64,000 bases of DNA from Rhizodiscina lignyota. Taxonomy: Eukaryota. Positions 1-13,985 of the stretch are shown piece by piece. Numbering within the stretch: the first letter of the stretch is position 1; each line of letters starts with the position of its first letter. The notes beneath the pieces were generated by a model that worked only from the letters and a program-made list of their open reading frames with translations, searched no databases and had not been told where the DNA came from. The position numbers were made by a program, and so were the translations under genes. The stretch is taken from NCBI GenBank assembly GCA_010015805.1, contig ML978129.1, positions 1,302,001-1,366,000 of the forward strand. Reading direction: 5' to 3'.

Positions 1-760
1 AACATTATTGGAGGACCCTGAGCTCGAAAGTCTTGATCTTAAGGAGAACACTACCGGTTGGTTGGGACCTGACGGACACGTTATCGGCTACTATGTCAGG
101 AATTTTCAGATGTATAATATCGTCATGGTTATATCCGACGACAACCAGTTGGGACAAGAAGCACGCCGGGGATATCCTGGGGATCTTGAAAAGATGTACA
201 ATGCATTTGAGGGATGGGATTGGCGGCTCAGAAGGATGCTAGACTTCGTTGACTCGTCCCATATTTGGCGTCTGCAGGATCGACCTGCGGCGAAGAGGTG
301 GGTGCATCCCGACGGAAACCTAGTACTGCTTGGAGACGCAGCCCACGCAAAGCTTCCTTACGCGGCAGCTGGCGCTGCTTCAGCAGCAGAGGATGCAGCA
401 GCACTAGCAGAATGCCTTGGATACGTCGGAGGTGGCAAAGATAGGAGTGTCAGAGAGGTACTGAAAATCTACGAGGAGATCCGCGTACCGAGGGCGACGG
501 AGGTCGTAGAACGGTCGCGGAGGAATCGAATAGTGTTCCACATGCATGACGGTAAGGTGAACAATAACGGTTGGTTAAGTCAACGAGCTCATATCAAGGC
601 AGGTCGAGAGCAGAGAGAAAGAGATGCGAGACTAAAGGCGGATGCTGATAGAAGGAGAACCCCGCCTCACCAAGACAGTGATAGAAACGAGCCATACAGT
701 TACGACGTCGTTGAACATGTCAGGAGGCACTTTGAGAGCTTGGATGGCACTAGTAGATGA
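1..760 (+). CDS. FAD-dependent monooxygenase (salicylate hydroxylase-like), 3' part; 5' end lies outside the window
   Basis: Contains WLGPDGHVIGY, the second FAD-binding motif LLGDAAHAKLPYAAAGAASAAEDA, and YEEIRVPRA. A probable in-frame 51-nt intron at 552-602 (GTAAGG..CAG) restores HMHDGREQRERD. Confidence 0.85.
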   Translation, partial: TLLEDPELESLDLKENTTGWLGPDGHVIGYYVRNFQMYNIVMVISDDNQLGQEARRGYPGDLEKMYNAFEGWDWRLRRMLDFVDSSHIWRLQDRPAAKRWVHPDGNLVLLGDAAHAKLPYAAAGAASAAEDAAALAECLGYVGGGKDRSVREVLKIYEEIRVPRATEVVERSRRNRIVFHMHDGKVNNNGWLSQRAHIKAGREQRERDARLKADADRRRTPPHQDSDRNEPYSYDVVEHVRRHFESLDGTSR

Positions 761-1600
761 TGAATCCAGATCTACATCTTGGCCGAGTGGCGGCATGCCA
801 TGTGAGGATATACCGGCAGCAGAGAACGCACCGGAAAAGCCAAAAGAACTGTATGACCAAAAGATCTGGACGAGAAGGATAGAGAGCTACCCTTGGAGAA
901 AAAAGGGATACCCCACATATAGATAGAGTTGGAGAAACACATACCTTATTTTCTACGTCAATATTTGGAGGTAGTTACTTTGGTCCAGTAGCTTGCATCT
1001 CATAGGCTGAGGCTCTGAGGCAGCAAGCTGCAGAGTTCGTGCTTTGACGTTTGCTGACGCGCGCTAAAGTGAGGTGAGAGGCCCGAGCGCGCCCGAACCT
1101 TCGATTTTAGCGCGTTGCGAGACGCCTGCCAGCAACAGCAAAACGTCACAATCAACCATAGAACACTTAACTCTGCTCCTCCACCACACGATCCCCTTCA
1201 AAGGCTGCACCTGCTCCACACACTGCTGCCTTTCTCCTTCATCTATGCGCAAATTGAAAACATCCGGAGACAGCGCTGCACCGTTCTCTTCGTTTGCAGG
1301 GTTGAAGCATTCACCCGCTTCGGCACTGCATCTCTTGAAGCTCTGTTTCGGCGAGCTTCTCTTTTGCGCTTTCCGACCGAACACCACTTCACTCCACACT
1401 GCGGCAAGCGCCAAAACAACTCGCGGGGAAACAAAATCTTCCACCTCGTCAACTTGCTTACGGCCAGCTCCAACAACTTCGTGTCTTGCCCATCACTACA
1501 ACAGTCGAAAGGCATCTCCAGCCTGCGTCACCAAGCACCTTAGCCTGGAGAAGAAAACTCTCGTTGTGGGAAGGCTACCTTCCCGGTAGTGGAGTACGGA

Positions 1601-4600
1601 ATGGGGAAGATCCACAAAACCGCGACGGCGCGACATGAGGTGTCTTTGGTGAGTCTAGTTCTCTAGAAGTTAACCTGCAATATAATTCTAACGTGTGCTC
1701 GTTTCCCAGTCACCGGCGATATCAGAATTCATTTCGAAGGCCACATCGATCCCTCTACACCAGCTACCTGCACATCTCTCGTCCTTTCCGCGGCTATGGC
1801 CGTTTCCTAGAGGCGACCTCTACCACTGGATTCCGGTGCTGAATCGCTTCGACAACATCTACGAGCTCTTCAATAAAGAATACGGATTGACTGATGGTCC
1901 TCAGACACAGCCGTTCGCGTGTCGGTTGCTTGAGAAGGGCGATGGCGAATCTCCGGATGATATCTCTGCCGAGACACTCGCGTCGCTGAAGCTTTCTGCG
2001 GAGGGTGATCGAGAACTGATCGAGCAGATTCTGATCTTCACCAAGCTGTTATTAGATTGTTGCGGCAATCGAAGCCTGTACGCCAGCAGTGGGCAAATAA
2101 ATCACCTGCTCAACACCACTTCTCTCTCACTCCTCCGAACGACCCTCCTTCTCTCCCTTCGCCTTGCGCAGAGATACTACTCTTCGAGAAGCCGAACTCC
2201 AGCCGCCGCACAGAACAGTCAAAATCTCTTGAACAGCCATTATGCTATCAACCTCGATCGCATGCAACGCATCGCGGCACCGTTCGCAAGAAATGCACTC
2301 GTTGTCTCATCGCCCGCATCGCCATCGTTCAAGGGGAAGGAAAAGGCTACTGGCCGCGTTCGACGATCATCACAATTGCAGGCAGCTGATCTCGTGACCC
2401 TTGTCAAAGGCGAAGGCATGGACGATACAGACTGGAATGAATGGAGGTCAATTTCACTGTCATACTACAACGAGCCAGCTGCTGCAGACAATGCGCCACG
2501 CTCCGGCATTTCTGATGGTTCTGGGAGCCCTACAACCCCGACCACGCCTGCTCCGGCTAGGCGACCCTCCAATCTTGGCCCCAATGCTGCTTCCCGAGGA
2601 CCGCGTCCTGCAGCGGCTGAGGAATCCCCGAGCGTTCGATCAACTACAGACTCTGCTCGTAACAGCAATCAGAAACACGTCGAGATCTCTGTCGAGGATG
2701 TCATACATACACCATCGTATGAGTTGCTTAGGCCTCGTTTGCCGGACCTTCCGCGTAATGCTCAATACGAGCTTCTACACAAGGTCCGTGTCGCGAAAGG
2801 GCTGGGCACTGATGCTGCTGCTCGAGAAGATATTGTGGCAATTAGGCTTCTCGGTCTGGCGAACTTGGCATATGTTTTAACTGAGAGCAACTTCCAAACG
2901 AAAATTGCACAACCAGACTCTGAAGAGCCGCGACGCCTACAGCTGCCTTACCAGCTCACCGAACTCATCCACCCGCCTGGTGATGGTGCATGCGGAGTTT
3001 CCCTCTCTCTACAGACTCTAGCGCTGGAGACATTAGAGGCATTGACCAAGACGCGATCGAAAGCCAGCGATGTCAGCCTAGCAATGAGCGTCAACGTCAA
3101 TCACGGTGTGCTCTTTTATCTTCTACGGAAGGCCGTGGCTCAGCTCGCAGAGGAGGAGACAGAAGTCGATTTCGAAGAAGAGGAATGGCGTGAGCAACTG
3201 TTTGCCCTTATCAATAGTCTGCCTAGCTCGCAGCAAACGCATCGTACGGGTGAGCAGATGGTATCTGCTGGTTTGCTTGGAATTCTCGTGGATGTTCTCA
3301 CCCTTCGAACATCAAAGGCTGAGCGAAACCACGCAAAGGTTCTCATGTTCCTCGATACATTCGTCTACAATCTGCGGGACGCCTTTGGTGCTCTAGTCAA
3401 CGCCAAAGGCCTTGACATCATTGCAGATCTATGCGATTACGAAGTCAACAGTTCATTTGAGCATGCGAAAAGCGGCAAATCAATGCCTTCAGAGTTCAAG
3501 ACGCAAATGACGGACTATCAAATACCATATTTTCAGCAGCAGACGTTGCGCTGGATCTTCAAGTTCATCAACCACATGATGTCGCACAACATTGGCACTC
3601 ATGATCGAGTTCTCCGCAACTTGATTGATTCGCCGCAACTGCTGAACGGCCTGCGAACTGTCTTGAGCAATGCGAGGGTCTTTGGAGCTGTTGTCTGGAG
3701 TGGTGCAGCAAACATTTTGAGCAGCTTTATCCACAACGAGCCAACAAGCTACGCGGTCATCGCTGAAGCAGGATTAAGTAAGGCGCTGTTAGAAGCTGTT
3801 ACGCAGTCAGAAATCCCGGATGTGGAAGCTTCATCGCAACCAACAGACTCGGACGGCGCTGTTCGATCGGATGATGCTCTCACGTCGGATACTAGTCAAC
3901 CTGAGGAACCAGCAGAGACGAGCTTTGCGCCTTCATCAAACTTCTTTGAGTCTATCGCAGCAATGACAATACCCTCAGGACCACTGGCGACTGGCATCTT
4001 ACCCCATGACGAAGCTCTACCCGCTATTCCTCAAGCATTTGGTGCCATTTGCTTAAACGAGAAGGGCATGAGGCTGTTCCAGAAGTCTGGAGCGCTGGAA
4101 AAATTCTTCGACATCTTTGTTAGCCCGGAGCACGTTAAAGTCCTTGATCAAGAAGGAGATCTTCCTACTGCGCTTGGTAATTCCTTTGACGAGCTCGTGC
4201 GGCACCATCCACCATTGAGAGACGCAATCCTGCAATGCGTCTTGAAAATGATCCCTCGTGTTTGCCGTCTATGTTCGCAGAGGGCCGAGATGGATGGTGC
4301 AGGTGCGAAACTTTGGAAGATGGGCAAAGATGGCGAGCTTCTAGTTGCCGGCGGACGAGCAGCTCTTGTTGGCGACCAGGCCCGGGCTACCACTGGTGGC
4401 GAAGATGTTGAAATGTCCGGTATGGAAGGGGATACTCACGCAGCATCTTCCAAGCATGACGGCGAAGTCTCTTTCAATGACATCGTTGATTCAGAAGATC
4501 CAAAGAAGACGATAGCACCGACTCAGTTCATCAGTGTTGCGTGTCGCTTCCTGCGCGGATTCTTTAGCAATACCTCGCTTTGCTCAGCTTTCATCGAGAA

Positions 4601-7600
4601 GGGCGGCTTGGAGTACGCTATCGACTTTGCGACGCTACCTTGTCTTCCTTACAATCTCCATGACCATTTTAGTTTCAGTGAGGAGCTCAGTGGCGTCCTG
4701 GGGATGCTAGTTGAGCAGAAGCCCTATCTAGCATTACCGGCCATCATCTCTCGCATTCAAGCTGCAACTGATGAGCTTCGCCCGCTTCTTGGGCACAACG
4801 ATGAATCTTCTTTCTTCTCTATCTTCACAGATCCATCACAAGCGGAAAAACTAGCTAACCCAAGTGGTGAGCTGCGATCAGTGGTAGACCGCGGCACATC
4901 CTACGTGAAGGCACTCGTCATCCTCCATACTCTGTGTCCTGCACTTGCCGGAGCATTCCAGACACAGCTCTACAATCACCGTCAGACCTCAAATCTCTTC
5001 ACGCAGGTCAATCTTACCGATGCTTACGTTAAGCTCATTGATCGCTTGGGCCAGCTTCAACGGAGTTGCGTTTGGGAGGAGATTCTGTTGCAGAAACATA
5101 TGCCTGAAAAATGGGAGCTCTCTACTCGAATTACGAGTCTAGGTGTGGGCTCAGATGAAGCCGACAATGTGCTTCACATCAATCACACGGATGCCGAAGT
5201 CAATGGAACCAACACCTCCACGGCTCCGCCTTCGTCGCTGCAGCGTCAGTCCACCAATGGTTCTCTATCTTCCGATTCCGAGGAAAGATCTGCGCAGTTC
5301 CAAAATACTCGCGCCTTGCGTTATCTCCTCAGCCGCATTCCAACCGCAATCAATCCTTTTTTCCAGGCCCTGGGAAGAATTCTTCTCCTCCGAAGGGCAA
5401 GTGATCCATACTTGAAGCAGAATGCAATGAAGGTTGGCGACCAACTCGCGAAAGCGGCCATGGACCTGCTCAGGTTCGAAGCACCAAGGCGGACGCCGAA
5501 TGCGAAAGATCGATATGCCTACTGGATCATTACCTTGACTTCTGTGACTCAACTAATGATAGACGCCGAGTCCATGGAGCGCACATATCCTCAGACCCTC
5601 ACGCTCGTACTACAGGCATTTAAGAACCAGGGAGGCCTTGCGGCATTAGGCGACATTCTGGACACTTTCTTCGATGAAGTCAAGTCTATCGCGGCTACTC
5701 ATGGTGATGAAGAGCCCAAGAATGAAGTCGGGGGACTTTTCAATTTATCCCTTGGCGGCCTGAAGCTGATCCTTACCTTCTACTCTCGGATCATCAACGC
5801 TAAGTATGTCAATGAGGCACTCCAAACTACGGCATTATCTTCTCGAGCAGATAGGGACCGTGATAAACCGGACTTCTTCCTCCCAGGCCAGTTCCTTGTG
5901 GAGCTTCGTACGGCAGTGGTGCAACAAGTTCAGCGGTTGTGGAACTCAGAAGCTCTCGAGAAAGGCACAACGTCCATTGTCAAGACGCTCATTGAGATCT
6001 TAAGAGTGGTTCTCGATGGCGATTCAGAGACCAATGCCTACAAGCGTTCAGAGAAAATATCCAGACGTCATAAGGTGTCGGTTCGCAAGTGGAGCCCACG
6101 TTCTCCTGACGCCCTCGAGCGTCTGAGCGAGGATTTTGGAGACGCTGATCTCGCTCGAGAGGCCTTATTCCGTTGTTACGACAACAACGCTGCAGCACGC
6201 GACTATTGCGACGCCATGAAGAATCACCCTCTGGCTGAACGTAATCCCATCCCACCGGAAGAACTCCAACTGGCAGCAGCAGTTTCAGGGTCTGGCCGCT
6301 CTCCAAGCTCGCGTGATAGGAGCACCGGCGGCACACCAGGCGAGCGAAGACAAGACGTGGATGCGCTTCGAGCAGCTCTCATGCGACACCGTGAGCAGGC
6401 TGCGCACCGCGAGGAAGTCCAAGACACAGCCAACGGCGATGTAAACTCCGACCTGCCAGTTCTACCAAGTTTACCTCCTGAAGAGAGTTCTTCTCTTAGC
6501 GCGATCCTGGGCGCTGCTTTGGCCAGTGCTGGAGCAGCACCTGCTGAGAGTTCATCTGCAGTGGTAGAGCGACCTTCGGGTTCGGTGGAGACCAGCTCAG
6601 AGGAGACAAGCACGCCCGACGTTGTCACAGTTGATGATTTGAATGACGAGAGAACGACCTTGCGTAAGAATCTCATAGATCGGTCTCTCGACGTGCTCAA
6701 CGTTCACGAAGATGTCACGTTCGAACTCTCGGATCTCATTGCTGCAGCGACATCCAAAGCAACGGATCAGCAAAGCATGCGTGCAGAGATTGGATCAACA
6801 CTCGTTCAATCCCTCGTATCCTTGCAGATGGAGGAGGATTTCCGTCCACAAGGCAAGAAGATTGGTGCCTATGCCCATCTCCTTGCTCTTGTATTGAACA
6901 ACGACAAGCAAGACTTCTATTCTGCAACTCTAGATGAGCTTAAGGAGAGTCTTCCGATGCTTACCAGCTTCATCAAAGTTTTCCAAGACCAAAAGGCAGA
7001 AGAGCCCTCAAGCTGGATCGGACCGGTTCTACTAATCCTGGAGAAACTTCTCTCTAATGATGCTCAGCCTCAAGAGATCAAGTGGAAATGGCCAGAAGAG
7101 GGTGTAGCCGCGGATGACACGATGATAGAGGTTCCAGAGCCTGTTGTGGACTCTGATGAGAAGGAACATCTATTTGACGCAATTCTTTCGGTGTTACCAA
7201 GGATTGGCAAGGACGACGGTCTTGCGCTTTCAGCGTTAAGATCCCTCGTAATCCTCACTCGAAGCCGTCAGCTTGCGGTTCGCCTATCCGACAAGCTAAA
7301 CCTCTCAAAACTTTTCACTATGATGAAGCAAATAGCTGGTAAGACCAATGAGCGGATGCAAAGCGCTTTTATGCTTGTCCTTCGCCATATGGTTGAGGAT
7401 GACGAGACGATCCGCCAGATCATGCGAAGCGACGTTCAAGCGATGTTTGAGAGCCGAAGCGGTAGACAAATTGACACCTCCACGCTTCCGCGAAGCGCTT
7501 CTCATTTGATCCTTCGCAACCCCGAGATCTTCTTGGAAGTTGTCAACGAGAAGCTCATGATCCCTCATGCTTCCGAACAGCAGCGCTCAGGTAATCAGCA

Positions 7601-10600
7601 GAATGCACAACCCTTGCGCCTGAAGAAGGAGGATGCACAGCCAGACGACCAGCGTGGTACAACATTACCAGAGCCTGTAGGGGGCGATGAGGCTACCGGG
7701 CCCGATACCAAAGAAAACAATGCGGAACCCTCCAAGAACGGCGACAAGCCTCCACTATCTCGGATGAAGACAGCTGATCTAAAGCATCCAACTGTCGAGA
7801 ATCCAGATGGCGTCATCCACTTCCTCCTTTGCGAGCTGCTGGCATACAAGGAAGTCGAAGATATCGAGCATCCGAAATCGTCTCCAGAGACAGCGAAAGC
7901 TACTACCTCTGACGTGGAGATGGCGAATGGGGATGGTACCTCGTCCGACTCATCCTCGACAGCACCAGGAGCAGGCCCTTCTACCAAGAGCGACTTCAAA
8001 TCGGAAAATCACCCGATATACATCTACCGGTGCTTCATTCTCCAATGCTTGACCGAGTTGCTGTCCTCCTATAACCGCGCCAAGGTGGAGTTTATCAACT
8101 TCTCGAGGAAGTTGGCCCCGAAGGAGGCGACGCCGTCGAAGCCTCGATCGGGAGTGCTCAATTACCTCCTCAATTCTTTGATCTCTATTGGGACCCTCAA
8201 TCATGGAGAGGATACTGCTTTCCGGAAGACATACTGGACGTCACACAACGCCACCAATGTCATTGTTGCGCTAGTAACGAAGACTGGAGAACAAGTTTAC
8301 GACAAGTCTCGGGATGCCAAGGACTATGAAGATGAACCCGAACTTGTCTACGTTCGAAAATTCGTCCTCGAACATGCTCTGAAGTCCTTCAAAGATGCAC
8401 AATCGTCATCTGAGACTCTGGACCTCAAATACTCTCGCTTGCTGAGCCTTGGTAATTTATTCAACAGTATGTTGACGTCGAAACCTTCCCTTGGCAGCAC
8501 CAATAGCCACGAGATGGTTCTTCAATCCCAGAAACAGCTGGCGAGGATCATGTACGAGAAGAACTTCATCACCACTCTCACCAGCGCAATCGCGGACGTT
8601 GACCTCAACTTTCCCAATGCCAAGCGTGCCGTCAAGTACATTCTGAAGCCGCTCAAGCTCCTCACACAGACAGCGATTGAGATCAGCACCAACTCTGATA
8701 TTGCCCCGAGCTCTACAGAGGAGGATGAGATCTCCACAGAAGCTTCTTCGGTTTCTGACATGGATGGAGATGATCGTGAGCAGACTCCTGATCTCTTCCG
8801 CAACTCCACACTCGGCATCCTTCAGCCAAATCAAGACGAAGACTCTGATTCCGATGACGATGAGGATGACGACGATGAAGAGATGTATGAGGGTGATTAT
8901 GGTGAGGAGATGGACTACGAGGCCGATCACGACGACGAGGATGTCATTAGTGACGACGATGAAGAGATCGGGCCAATTGAAGGTCTGACTGGCGATGTTG
9001 GCATGGATGTTGAACTGGAGATTATGGGCGCAGATGACGCAGATGAACTCTCTGAAGACGATAGTGAGGATGATGATGACATTGAAGATGGCGAGATTCA
9101 TGGCACTGGTGATCTTGAAGCCATGGACGCCGAAGACGGCGAAGGTGATGGAGCTGAGGATGAATGGGGCACCGAAGAGGAGGATGGGGAAGAGTATCCC
9201 GGACAGAATGAGATTGAGGACGACGAAGGCCATGATCACATGAATGTCATTCACATCATGGACGATGAAGGCGCAGAGGGCTTGCTGCAGCGCTTGGAAG
9301 AGGATGGCCTGGGTGATTTGCCTCTGCCCATGGAGGGTGGAGGAGATTTTGTTGATGATGAGATACATGATGAAGAGGGTGAGTGACAGCCACGCTCTTG
9401 GGTGAAGATTCCGATACTCATATTTTCACAGATGACGACGAAGATGAAGAGGAGTATGACGAGGAGGACATTGTCTATGAGCCAGAATTCGAAGGTTTGA
9501 ATTTCGTACGATTTCGAGGAGGCACTATCGTATTAACTGGTGTTCCAGATGATGACGATGTTGGATTGGAGGGCATTGTATGGGAGCGCGAAGGCTGGGG
9601 CGGTCCGATCCGCCATGAACATGGTTTGCACCGCGCCCACGTTCATCATCACAGGCATCACCATGGCGGAAACAATCCATGGCACTTGTTCGAAACCGCC
9701 CATGGACGTGATGGCTATCCCTATCGAACACATCGTTCTGGTGCTCAGAATCGAAATAGTGACGACGGCATGAATCCCCTGCTTCGGCGCGACCCAGGCG
9801 GGCGTAGATCGGAATCTAGAAGTGATTGGATTGAGGAGATGCCGGGCTCTCGACCACGCTTTTTCCCCACTGGTGGCGATGGCGGCCCTGTCTCATTCAT
9901 CAGCAATCTAATCAACACCCTTGCAAATGGTGGGCCTGGTCTTCTTCCCCAACACCAAGGTGGTGGTGGTATCCAAATTTCTATTGGTGGAATGCATCTT
10001 ACTGGGCTACCTCCGGGTTTTCCTGCTCTCGACCGAACCTTCCCGTATCGCACTCGCAACACCGCCGAGCCACAGAACCGCACCGTTCGCGATGATCCAG
10101 CGTCAGTCGTTTCATTCAATGCCGCGCTCACGGGTGTCCGATGGCAGGAAGAGTCAAAGATCCTATTTGGTAATGAACCTTTGGCCAAGGCTCAGCGCAT
10201 CCAGCCTGCGGTCCTTCGCCTTCTTGTACCTCCAGCGCTCGAGGCTCAGAAGATTCGAGCTCAGAAGCAGAAGGAAGAAGAGGAAGCGCGCAAAGCCAAA
10301 GAGGAGGCGGAGAAGGCGGAGCGTGAAGCCAAGGATAAGCAGGAGCAAGAAGAGCGAGAAGCTCGTGAGAAAAAGGAGCGGGAAGAGCGTGAGGCTGCCG
10401 AAGCCGAAGAGGCCGCTCGACGCACTGTCGAACATCCTGGTGCAGAGACTGAGGCTTCTGAACCGACTGTAGAACAAGTGCAAGAGATGGAAGGTGTAGA
10501 GCAGACGCAAGCTGAGAGCACAGGGGAGGACGTGTCAGAACCCACGCCGCGGGTCGTTACCAATATCCGTGGTCGCGAAATTGACATCACCACTCTAGGT

Positions 10601-13600
10601 ATCGACCTCGACTATCTGGAGGCCTTACCAGAAGATCTACGTGAAGAGGTTTTGATGCAGCAAATTACGCAGCACCGCTCCGAAGCAGCGGATGCCCCTG
10701 TGCAGAATGAAGAAATAGAGATTGCTGAGGAGTTCCTTAACGCCCTGCCACCTGAGATGAGAGAGGAGATACTGCAGCAGGAAGCTCAAGACCGGCGCCG
10801 GCGCGAGCGAGAAGAAGCGCGTCGGCGTAATGCAGCAACTGGTACTGGACCACAGGCTGAAGAAATGGACGCTGCTAGCTTCATAGCTTCTCTTGACCCC
10901 CAGCTCCGCCAAGCTGTGCTCATGGATCAGGACGAAGATGTGCTCAACACACTCCCTGCGCATCTCGCTGCGGAAGCTCGTTCACTCGGTCGCGATCGCC
11001 GTCTCCAACAGTTACCTCATATGACCCGCCGACTTACACGTGCGGAACCGCTAGAGCAGGGCGATGACCACGCGAGAGAGAAGAAGAAGCCACGCCCAGT
11101 CATTCAAATGCTCGACAAGGCTGGCGTTGCTACTCTACTGCGCCTCATGTTCGTGCCGCAACAAGGTACCTCTCGACAAACGCTGAATGGCATCTTGCAC
11201 GATGTTTGCGAAAACCGTCAGAATCGTGCGGAAGTTGTCAGCCTGCTGCTTTCCATTCTCCAGGATGGTAGCAACGACGTTAGCGCAGTTGAACGTAGCT
11301 TTGCCCATCTCTCTATTCGTGCAAAGTCAGCTCCTACGAACCCAAAAACTCCACAGCCACTTAAGCGAACGCTTTCGGGACCTATGCCTCCTGCCAATAG
11401 CGACATGTCACCGATGATGGTTGTCCAACAGTGCCTCAATACCCTGGTCTTCCTCACTCAACATAGCAGCCACATTCCGTGGTTCTTCCTTACCGAGCAC
11501 GAGACCGCGACAGGATTTAAGTCGCGCTCTGCGAAGAAGGGAAAGATGAAGGAGAGCAAGGCAAGCAGGTATCCGCTCAACGCTCTGCTAGGACTATTGG
11601 ATCGCAAGCTTGTCATTGAAAGCTCAATGGTTATGGAGCAGCTCGCGTCTTTGTTGCAGAGCATTACGCACCCACTCAACATTCTTCTGCGCAAAGATAA
11701 GGACAAGTCCAAGCCCGACGAAGAGGAGAACAAACCAGATGAGGAGGAGCCTGCCCAGCAATCAAACGAGAACGAGTCCGCTCCTGCCGCTGATCTAACT
11801 GCTTCTGTGGTTATGACCGACATCGATGCACCGGAGCAAAGCGTAACAAGTGACGCAGCTCGTGCTACTTCAACAGAGACGTCTGAACAACCAGCAACGC
11901 CAGGCCCAGCTACGGGCGAAGCTTCTGTGTCTACTTCTGAACCTGCAAAGGATACTACTGTGGACGGAACCGAGGCCGAAAAGAGGAAAACTCGTACACT
12001 TGTACCACCAGAGGTTCCCGAGCATAATCTGCGACTCATTGTCAACATCTTGACTGCTCGGGAATGCAGCGCCAAGACCTTTAAGGACACCATCACGTTG
12101 ATTACGAACCTGTCCGCAATTCCTGGTGCCAAGGAGACGTTTGGCAAAGAGCTCATCAAGCAAGCTCAAGAGCTGGGCAAGGAAATCCTCGCTGACTTGG
12201 ACGAACTCATTGCACAAGTCACAACTGCCAAGAGCGGTACAGACGTTCAGGGTATGGCACTTGCGAAATTTTCTCCTGCGAGCTCGGATCAAGCCAAGCT
12301 CCTTCGCGTCCTCACAGCTCTGGATTATCTGTTCGACCCAAAGCGTGCCGAAGAGAACAAGCCATGGGCTTCTGACATCGAAGGCCTGCCCACCGAGCAG
12401 AAGGAGGATATCTTGACTACCCTCTACGAGAATTCCACTTTCGGGCCCCTGTGGACGAAGCTTAGCGAGTGTCTCACAGCAATCCGCGACCGAGGCAACA
12501 TGCTCAACGTGGCCACCATCCTCCTACCTCTGATTGAAGTCCTCATGGTTGTATGCAAGAACACAACACTCAAGGATGCTCCTTTGGCTCTCACCAAGAC
12601 GACCTCTAAGGACATCGCATTGGCTAGCCCCGCACCAGAGTCGCGTATGGAGAACCTATTCTTCTCCTTCACTGAGGACCATCGTAAGATCCTCAATGAT
12701 CTTGTTCGAAACAACCCCAAGCTCATGAGTGGCTCGTTCGCTCTGCTCGTCAAGAACTCCAAAGTCTTGGAATTTGACAATAAGCGGAACTACTTCAACC
12801 GAAAGGTCCATGCTCGTGGCCCAACAGAAATTCGACAGCCGCATGCGCCTCTCCAGCTGTCTGTTCGTCGCGACTTTGTGTTCTTGGATTCCTTCAAGTC
12901 ACTCTACTTCAAGAGCCCCGACGAGATGAAATACGGCAAGCTCAGCATCCGCTTCCATGGTGAGGAGGGTGTCGATGCAGGAGGTGTCACACGGGAGTGG
13001 TTCCAAGTGCTCGCGAAGCAGATGTTCAACGCAGACTATGCTCTCTTCAACCAAGTTGCTTCCGATCGCACGACCTTCCACCCGAATCCGACGAGCGAGA
13101 TCAATCCTGAGCATCTCATGTTCTTCCGCTTCATCGGGCGCATCATTGGCAAGGCGCTCTACGAAGGCCGCGTTCTCGACTGCCACTTCAGCCGTGCTGT
13201 GTATAGGCGAATGCTCGGTAAACCAGTGAGCATCAAGGACATGGAGAGTATCGATCCTCAGTACTACAATACTCTCGTGTGGATGCTTGAGAACGACATC
13301 ACTGATGCGATTTTCGAAACCTTCTCTATTGAGCGCGACGACTTTGGCGCCAAGACAATCATCGACCTCGTCGAAAATGGACGCAACATTCCAGTCACCG
13401 AGGAGAACAAGCAAGACTACGTCCGACTGGTTGCCGAGTGGAAGATGATTGGATCAGTCAGCGAGCAACTTGAGTACTTCTTGCAGGGTTTCCATGACAT
13501 CGTCCCTGCCGACCTCATCGCAATCTTCAACGAGCAGGAGCTTGAATTGCTCATTTCTGGCCTTCCTGATATCGACGTCGATGACTGGAAGAACAACACT

Positions 13601-13985
13601 GACTATCAGAATTACACTGCAGCTGCTCCACAGATCCAGTGGTTCTGGCGTGCAGTGCGATCGTTTGACAAGGAAGAGCGTGCAAAGCTTCTCCAATTCG
13701 TGACGGGTACTAGCAAGGTGCCACTCAACGGTTTCAAGGAGCTTGAAGGCATGAATGGCTTCAGCAGGTTCAATATTCACCGCGACTATGGCAGCAAGGA
13801 TCGTCTGCCGAGCAGCCATACTTGCTTCAATCGTAAGTTTACCCTGCCAAACGCAACGTCGTCAACATTTAACTGACAACTACTACACAGAGCTCGACTT
13901 GCCCGAATATGAGAGCTACGACAGCCTCCGCTCCCACGTTCTCACAGCCATCACGGCTGGAAGCGAATACTTTGGCTTTGCATAA
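1601..13985 (+). CDS. TOM1: HECT-type E3 ubiquitin ligase Tom1/HUWE1 orthologue, about 4052 aa
   Basis: Exons 1601-1648, 1710-9378, 9432-9494, 9549-13832, 13891-13985. N-terminal WPFPRGDLYHWIPVLNRFD (DUF908-type), long acidic tract, ubiquitin-binding-type repeats (YLEALPEDLREEV, FLNALPPEMREEI), and a C-terminal HECT domain with GEEGVDAGGVTREW and catalytic SHTCFNQLDLPEY. Confidence 0.97.

Noticed and set aside
8457..9368. 303-aa hydrophobic minus-strand ORF
   Set aside because: It is the antisense shadow of the GAT/GAG-rich acidic tract of TOM1.
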